A stretch of DNA of 15,995 bases. It comes from Octopus sinensis. Its lineage: Eukaryota. Shown here piece after piece: positions 10,381 through 15,995 of the stretch (its first letter is position 1; every line of letters starts with the position of its first letter). The DNA is taken from assembly GCF_006345805.1 (NCBI RefSeq), contig NW_021825309.1:1-15995 (forward strand), in the 5' to 3' direction. The position numbers and the translations under genes were made by a program. Below the pieces are notes generated by a model. That model did not search any database. It saw only the letters and a program-made list of their open reading frames with translations, and was not told the origin of the DNA.

Positions 10381-11101
10381 AGGCATGCATCGAGAATTCA
10401 GTACTGCTGCCGAAGTGGTTTTTATCTTTCTTGTTCATTACACTATTTGCTGTTGTTTCATATTGTTTGCGAAAGAAAATCCAGCAGAGCGGGAAGGTAA
10501 TGTATCCGTTAAGTTAGACATTTTATCTGATGTCAATGTCGGAATTATCGGATAAGTAACCATAAATAATAATATATTGTTGATATAACTGATTGTTATA
10601 TCATTCGTACTCATCTCTGCTGTGATGAAGCTATTTGTTGTCCAACATCTCAGCCATTTGACAAAGTGTCATGAGAAGATTTGTTTTTTTCTTTTTTATT
10701 TCCCCCATTTTTTTTTTTTTTCTCGTTTATCTGGAATGTTATTATTTTTCCGTGTCGAATAGATTTCAGGTATTAATTTCTGGTCTTCTTATTCTTCAGA
10801 TAATATCTGCTGGATATCGGAAAAGTTACTCAAAAGATAGATCTAACCCGAAATCTTTCACTATCTTTTTTTCATTCTTTTTCTTTTAATTTATTATTTT
10901 TTTCTCAGAGAATTTTTAATTAAAAACTAACAAAGAAATAACTTGAGACGAATGAAACTGCTTAAAATGTTGCACCAAAAATAGTGTTGCTTGTGTAATG
11001 CATGATATTAATTTGTTCTTTATATGGAGGTGTCCTTATCTTTATTTTCGTGCGCTTGTTGTCCTGTATTTTGCCTACATATATTTTTCCATTATCATTT
11101 C

Positions 11102-11139
<38 letters not shown>

Positions 11140-11149
11140 TATTATTATT

Positions 11150-11223
<74 letters not shown>

Positions 11224-11232
11224 CCTTATTAT
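11102..11232. repeat. (ATT)n(ATC)n(ATT)n trinucleotide array
   Basis: Direct reading; source of the poly-I/L/Y/H/S ORFs. Confidence 0.97.
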
Positions 11233-11233
11233 G

Positions 11234-11444
11234 AAGGCGGCGAGCTGGCAGAATCGTGAGCACGCCGGACGAAATGGTTAGCGGCATTTCATCTGTTTTC
11301 ATGTTCTGAGTTCAAATTACGCTGAAGTCGACTATACCTTTCATCCTTTCAGGGTCGATAAAGTAAGTACCAGTGAATCACTGGCGTCGATACAATCGAC
11401 TAGTCCCCTCCCCCAAAATTTCAGACCTTGTGCCTTGAGTAAAA
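11234..11444 (+). mobile_element. SINE family A, tail variant A1
   Basis: AAGGCGGCGAGCTGGCAGAATCG head, GAGTTCAAATT B box, core block, tail CCCCTCCCCCAAAATTTCAGACCTTGTGCC followed by ATT repeats. Confidence 0.9.
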
Positions 11445-11460
11445 TATTATTATCATTATT

Positions 11461-12393
11461 GAGTGAGAGAGCAGTGCATGCCATGAAATTGACACTGGGG
11501 TAAAATAATACGAAGCCCAGTATACCCATCATGACTACCCGTCTGATAAGGGTACACCAGGCACATGCATCACAACCATATGTGCGCGACATGGTGATCT
11601 CATATCAAGATAAAGAGCGCATGGCCTTGCAGGTGGGGCCCAGTTAGAATTTTCCCCAGGTCGAGTAGCTCATCTTGCTCAAAAGGTCCCTGAATGAGGG
11701 TTGTTTAAGGATGCTGAACGGAACACCCATGTTTCCAGAGGTGAATTATCCAAATTCCAAAGAATCCCTCTCAACACATGGCTATTATGATGCTCCCCTG
11801 CTGCTTCTGCTCGTGATCAGAGATGCACATATCGCCAGCCATTAAGGGATATGGTCAACTGGTTAAGGTCAAGCAACTGACAAGCAAGCCTGTGGTATTG
11901 AGCAGAATATTTGCTGTAGTCCATTTTTTTACATCAAGACAAAGCAATGTACATGATAACACTTACCACCAGTTAACATCAGAAATGGAAAGTGTCAGCT
12001 GTCCACAGCCAGCAAACTAAGATGACACTTATTTACTAGTCATGCTTCAAGAACCCTGCGAATAATTCTTGCAGTTCCAAGCAACGCTGATTATTGTAGG
12101 TGTTCTACCTTCACACTTGCACCGATCGTAGTTGAGTGCTGATGCATCCAAGTACACCAATTACTATTGGTATCACGTCTATTCTCTTCATTGACCACAA
12201 CCTTCGTATTTCCCGCTTCAAATCGTCAGAGTTGTTTATTTTTTCTTCTTTTTTCACATTGATCCTGTTATCACCGAGGCATGCCATGTCGATTATCAGA
12301 CATATTATTTCTGTTTTTATTCACGACAGCAATGTCCGCCTTCCAGTGTCTGGTCGGATGATCGCACTGGATCATTGCATCCAACAGGATTTT

Positions 12394-12395
<2 letters not shown>
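11461..12395 (-). mobile_element. 5'-truncated RLE-type non-LTR retrotransposon (R4/Dong-like) with ~580-nt 3' UTR
   Basis: C-terminal RLE coding remnant at 12393-12040, then non-coding sequence to 11461; AAT repeats abut both ends in element sense. Confidence 0.8.
12040..12393 (-). pseudogene. restriction-like endonuclease (PD-D/ExK-type) C-terminal domain remnant
   Basis: Manual translation across 2 frameshifts and 1 stop: KILLDAMIQCDHPTRHWKADIAVVNK / CLIIDMACLGDNRINVKKEEKINNSDDLKREIRRLWSMKRIDVIPIVIGVLG / IGASVKVEHLQ*SALLGTARIIRRVLEA*. Confidence 0.85.
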
Positions 12396-12449
<54 letters not shown>

Positions 12450-12460
12450 GTCATTATTAT
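12396..12460. repeat. (ATT)n array
   Basis: About 17 perfect units at 12396-12447, then degenerate. Confidence 0.97.
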
Positions 12461-12461
12461 T

Positions 12462-12653
12462 GCGGCGATCCAGCAGAATTGTCAGCCCACAGGGCCAAAT
12501 GCTTAGCGGCATTTCATCCGTCGCTACGTTCTAAGTTCAAATTTCGCCGAGGTCGACTTTGCTCTATCATCCTTTCGGGATCGATAAATTGAATACCAGT
12601 TGCTTACTGGAGGTCGATCTAAAATTTCAGGCCTTGTGCCTATAGTAAAAAAG
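12462..12653 (+). mobile_element. SINE family A (A1), diverged, with internal deletion
   Basis: AAGTTCAAATT B box, CCGAGGTCGACTTTGC, CATCCTTTCGG core, GGCCTTGTGCCTATAGTAAAA end. Confidence 0.85.
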
Positions 12654-12680
12654 ATTAGTATTGTTGTTGTTGTTGTCGTT

Positions 12681-12866
12681 ACGGCGAACTAGCAGGATCG
12701 TTAGCACACCAGGTAAGATGCTTAGCGGCATCTCGACCATGTTTACGTTTCGAGGTCGAATTTGCTTTTCACCCTTTCGGGGGTTGATAAAATAAGTGCC
12801 ATTTGAACGCTGGGAATGGTATAATCGACTTACACTTTCCCCTCACATGTTGGCTTTGTACCAATA
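12681..12866 (+). mobile_element. SINE family A, diverged (A3-like tail)
   Basis: GGCGAACTAGCAGGATCGTTAGCAC head, CCTTTCGGGGTTGATAAAATAAGT core, TTGGCTTTGTACCAA end. Confidence 0.8.
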
Positions 12867-13157
12867 TTTTTAACTATAACTACTATCGTCGTCATCATCA
12901 TCATCATCATTATTATAATGGCTGTCAGACTCAACATCCTGAAAATGGTGTGCTTTCTTTCCAGTTTGTACCAGTTCATCTACTGGTGAATTGCTTTTTT
13001 CTTTAAAGTACCCCTATTTTTTGAGGGTCTTACTGCAATTCATTTTCACTTCGTAAAAAATTTATTATTTTTTTTTAATGCTAACAATAATGAAAGTCGA
13101 GGGAAATCCAGTCGGCAATGAGAAATGGGGAAAGATGGAGGAGAGTTATATGACGCT

Positions 13158-13159
<2 letters not shown>

Positions 13160-13209
<50 letters not shown>
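13160..13209. repeat. (GA)n microsatellite
   Basis: About 24 perfect units. Confidence 0.97.
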
Positions 13210-13210
<1 letters not shown>

Positions 13211-13301
13211 ATTTTGCTTGTTAACGTAGCGTCTGCAAGTGAGCAAAACACTGAATGATAGCCACCACCGCCGCCTCCACCACTAGGAACAAGAGCAACA
13301 C

Positions 13302-13482
13302 ATGAACAAAAACAGAAAGGTTTCGAGGGGAGAGAAAAATAATCAGTATAGCTGCTGCAATATGGATGATTTTTTTCCGTCGTCCGGTTGCCAGGCTACT
13401 TCTGTTAACGCCACGAACATCGCCACAAGCAGATTCGTTTTGGCTTCGACAAGCACCAACAACAACAGGAAGAGCAACAGCA
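13302..13482 (+). pseudogene. probable N-terminal low-complexity part of the gag/ORF1-like frame, upstream of the SINE C insertion
   Basis: Frame ...MDDFFPSSGCQATSVNATNIATSRFVLASTSTNNNRKSNS joins 13867 onward in frame if SINE C plus one 10-bp direct repeat is removed. Confidence 0.4.
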
Positions 13483-13484
13483 GT

Positions 13485-13866
13485 GGAGGCACAATGGCCC
13501 AATGGTTAGGGCAGCGGACTCGCGGTCGGAGGATCGCGGTTTCGATTCACAGACCGAGCGTTGTGTGTGTGTTTATTGAGCGAAAACGCCTAAAGCTCCA
13601 CGAGGCTACAGCAGGGGGGAGGGCACCCTCTGTTGTACTCTTTCGCTCCAGCTTTCTCTAACTCTTTCTTCCTGTTTCTTGTTCCCGACTTTCTACGCAA
13701 CCGCGGAGCCTGGATGCGCATTCATCCATCCGTCGATGCTCTCGGTGTCGGGGGTTGACCTGCTTTCTCTCTTCTGTGGGTCTTACGAATAGCAAAGGAC
13801 CACGTTTCGGACTTCTCCCATCTTGCGAGCTCTGGAATGAAGACCGTTCGCTCAACAGCAACAGCA
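13485..13866 (+). mobile_element. tRNA-derived SINE, family C, with CAA/CAG tail
   Basis: Head TGGCCCAATGGTTAGGGC..GGTTTCGATTC (A and B boxes, tRNA-Arg-like layout); direct repeat AGCAACAGCA at 13473-13482 and 13857-13866. Confidence 0.8.
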
Positions 13867-14591
13867 ATAATGGTGTCAACAACAACAACAACAACAATAG
13901 TAAGAATAATAACTCATTTGCAGGAGTAACGAAATAACTGGAGCAAATCTCCTTGGAAAGAAAGTATGGATACCTGAGAGAAGCAGAGGAAATTTTCAAT
14001 AAAGGGCATAGAACTCTTAGCTTCTTATGCTTTCAGATCTGATGGAAAATACTAACAAGAGAACAATCGTCTACAGATGTGTGTCGTGAAACAATAGCAG
14101 AATTTTCAATGTGTCAGACATCTAGGTAGAGAAATATTTGATGAACATACGAACATATTTTTAGCTTCCTCACACAAGGAAGTCAATATGGTTTCGTGGA
14201 TGTGAGATTCCTCATTGAAACACTGGCTCAAACGTACTCAATACTTCGGTGTAAATACGAGGATCTACTCCTCCCCACATACTTTGGTCGGAGAGTGGGG
14301 AAAATCACAATTACATTGTGCTATCAGAATTAAACATCTGGTGGCTGGTCGCTTGTACTGTCATTGAAGGCCAGGGCATTCTTCTGGATATTACATCTAT
14401 TTCACATATAAATCTGGTCCGCGATTGGGTTGCAGATATTTATACAGCTAAAACCGGAATCTCTGAGCAAGATATCCGATCTCATTGAGCTACCATTTAG
14501 AACACAACTCCAGATCGTGGTAGAAAGCAGGAAATTGAGATATCACACTTGTTGGGCTAACTCGCATTTGAAATCCATCTGCCCACAATAG
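13867..14591 (+). pseudogene. decayed gag/ORF1-like protein with a CCHC zinc knuckle (non-LTR retrotransposon)
   Basis: Manual translation: EAEEIFNKGHRTLSF...HIFSFLTQGSQYGFVDVRF...LLPTYFGRRVGKITI...IELPFRTQLQIVVESRKLRYHTCWANSHLKSICPQ; Y-x2-C-x4-H-x4-C at 14541-14582 (TAT in place of TGT). Confidence 0.6.
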
Positions 14592-14739
14592 CAACAACAA
14601 GAACAACAGTAACAGAGAACGAGAAGAATGTCTGTTCTGATACCACTATCACAACCACAACGCACATAAAGTCAAAAAGCTGCAGCAATAACAACCTCAA
14701 CAACGAAATTTATTTTTCGTCAGCAGCAATTCGAGGAGC

Positions 14740-14993
14740 CTAGTTAATGTTGCAAATTTGGAGGGGAGCGATTGGATACTCTCCAAGTTACGGGCCTTAA
14801 CGCTGCGAATATGCTTTTAAAATGCGGTTGGGCCCGCAAGTCGTTGAAACTATTTTTTGGCCCATGGCAGTCCATGGACTCTATGTAATGCATGTGTAAA
14901 ATTTCATTAAAATAGGTTGCGTGGATCTCGAGTTTTAACATGACTAACACACAAACAGACACACATCCTGTGTTTGATAGATATAGATATAGA
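14740..14993 (-). mobile_element. non-autonomous Helitron-like fragment (5' end)
   Basis: Minus strand begins A|TCTATATCTATAT, then a TGTGTCTGTTTGTGTG tract and CCTATTTTAATGAAATTTTACAC. This layout resembles invertebrate non-autonomous Helitrons as I recall them. No convincing 3' hairpin. Confidence 0.45.
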
Positions 14994-15060
14994 TTATTCT
15001 ATCTAATGTCCTGCTTTTGTTACGTTTTTTTTTTTTTTAATTTTACCCGGACATTTAGAT

Positions 15061-15245
15061 CAGTGGTTCCCAGCCTTCTTATCAACGGAACCCCTTTGAT
15101 TCATATTTCACAAACTGACCCACATAGCCACACGATGGTTTATAAAAAATCCTGATATATTTGCAAGATTGGATATAAGAAGTTGTATTTAAAAAATTTA
15201 ATATTTTGTGTAGTGTTGAAGTATAACTAATTTATTACGCGTGAA
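15061..15245 (+). mobile_element. hAT/Charlie-type MITE, left part
   Basis: Starts CAGTGGTTCCCAGCC (Charlie-like TIR), preceded by ATTTAGAT (fits the NTCTAGAN-type 8-bp target); right TIR not seen. Confidence 0.6.
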
Positions 15246-15249
15246 TATC

Positions 15250-15456
15250 GGTTTCAAACTGTGGCACGAGGCCCAGACTTTAGAAGGAGGAAGTAAGTCG
15301 ATTACATCGAACCCGGCACTGATTTTGTCATGGCTGAAAGGATGAAAGGTAAAATCGAGCTGGGTAGTATTTGAACTTGGAATGAATGTAAAGACGGACT
15401 ACATGCCGTTAAACATTTTATCCCGCGTGCTAATGATTCTGCCAGTTCGGTCCCTT
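15250..15456 (-). mobile_element. SINE family A, tail variant A3, diverged
   Basis: Reverse complement gives CTGGCAGAATCATTAGCACGCGGG head, AAGTTCAAAT B box, CCTTTCATCCTTTCAG core, GGCCTCGTGCCACAGTTTGAAACC end. Confidence 0.82.
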
Positions 15457-15570
15457 ATCGTACGCAAATATTAAACACAAATGGACCCATATTGATAACG
15501 GACAAAAAATGCTCTAATCATGACTACTTGATCATCATATTTTTTATTCAGGCATAATTAGGCGCATATA

Positions 15571-15979
15571 GGCGCAGGAGTTGCTGTGTGGTAAGTAGCT
15601 TGTCTACCAACCACATGGTTCCGGGTTCAGTCCCATTGCGTGGCACCTTGGGCAAGTGTCTTCTACTATAGCCTCGGGCCGACCAAAGCCTTGTGAGTGG
15701 ATTTGGTAGACGGAAACTGAAAGAAGCCCATTGTATATATGTATATATATATGCGTGTGTGTGTTTGTGTGTCTGCTGTGTTTGTCCCCTAGCATTGCTT
15801 GACAACCGATGCTTGTGTGTTTATGTCCCCGTATCTTAGCGGTTCAGCAAAAGAGACCGATAGAATAAGTACTGGGCTTACAAAAGAATAAGTCCTGGGG
15901 TTGATTTGCTTGACTCAAGGCGGTGCTCCAGCATGGCGGCAGTTAAAATGACTGAAACAAGTTAAAGAGTAAAGAGTAA
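15571..15979 (+). mobile_element. SINE family B, full length
   Basis: GGCGCAGGAGTTGCTGTGTGG head, GGTTCAGTCCC B box, CCTTGGGCAAGTGTCTTC block, internal microsatellite, AAAGAGT tail. Confidence 0.92.
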
Positions 15980-15995
15980 TTATAAAATAGTAGTT

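Noticed and set aside
1025-11302. Numerous ORFs rich in VC, IY, HT, poly-I, poly-L or poly-Y
   Set aside because: They are translations of di-, tri- and tetranucleotide microsatellites that lack stop codons.
13485-13560. tRNA gene (also the heads of SINEs A and B)
   Set aside because: A and B boxes are present, but there is no closed acceptor stem and the sequence continues into SINE body.
1427-15805. Recurring peptide HSQGFGRPEAIVEDTCPRCH in three places (1427, 6056-6304, 15604)
   Set aside because: It is the antisense translation of SINE B, not a gene family or a Cys/His domain.

Overview
AT-rich, repeat-dominated eukaryotic DNA, probably intronic or intergenic. From memory of the repeat families it looks like an octopus (coleoid cephalopod) genome, but that is inference. 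No intact protein-coding gene, tRNA, rRNA or CRISPR array is supported, and almost all listed ORFs are microsatellite or SINE read-throughs. The window holds three tRNA-derived SINE families (labelled A x6, B x3 loci, C x1) and a full-length but dead mariner with TIRs and TA TSD (7440-8733). It also holds a 5'-truncated RLE-type (R4/Dong-like) LINE with (TAA)n at both ends (11461-12395), a decayed gag/ORF1-like frame with a CCHC knuckle interrupted by SINE C (13302-14591), probable Helitron-like and hAT MITE fragments, and many compound microsatellites. The most interesting structure is a microsatellite-linked SINE-LINE-SINE-SINE chain, a 70-bp local cassette copied into a SINE, and concentric inverted SINE pairs. 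I found no clearly new biological system.
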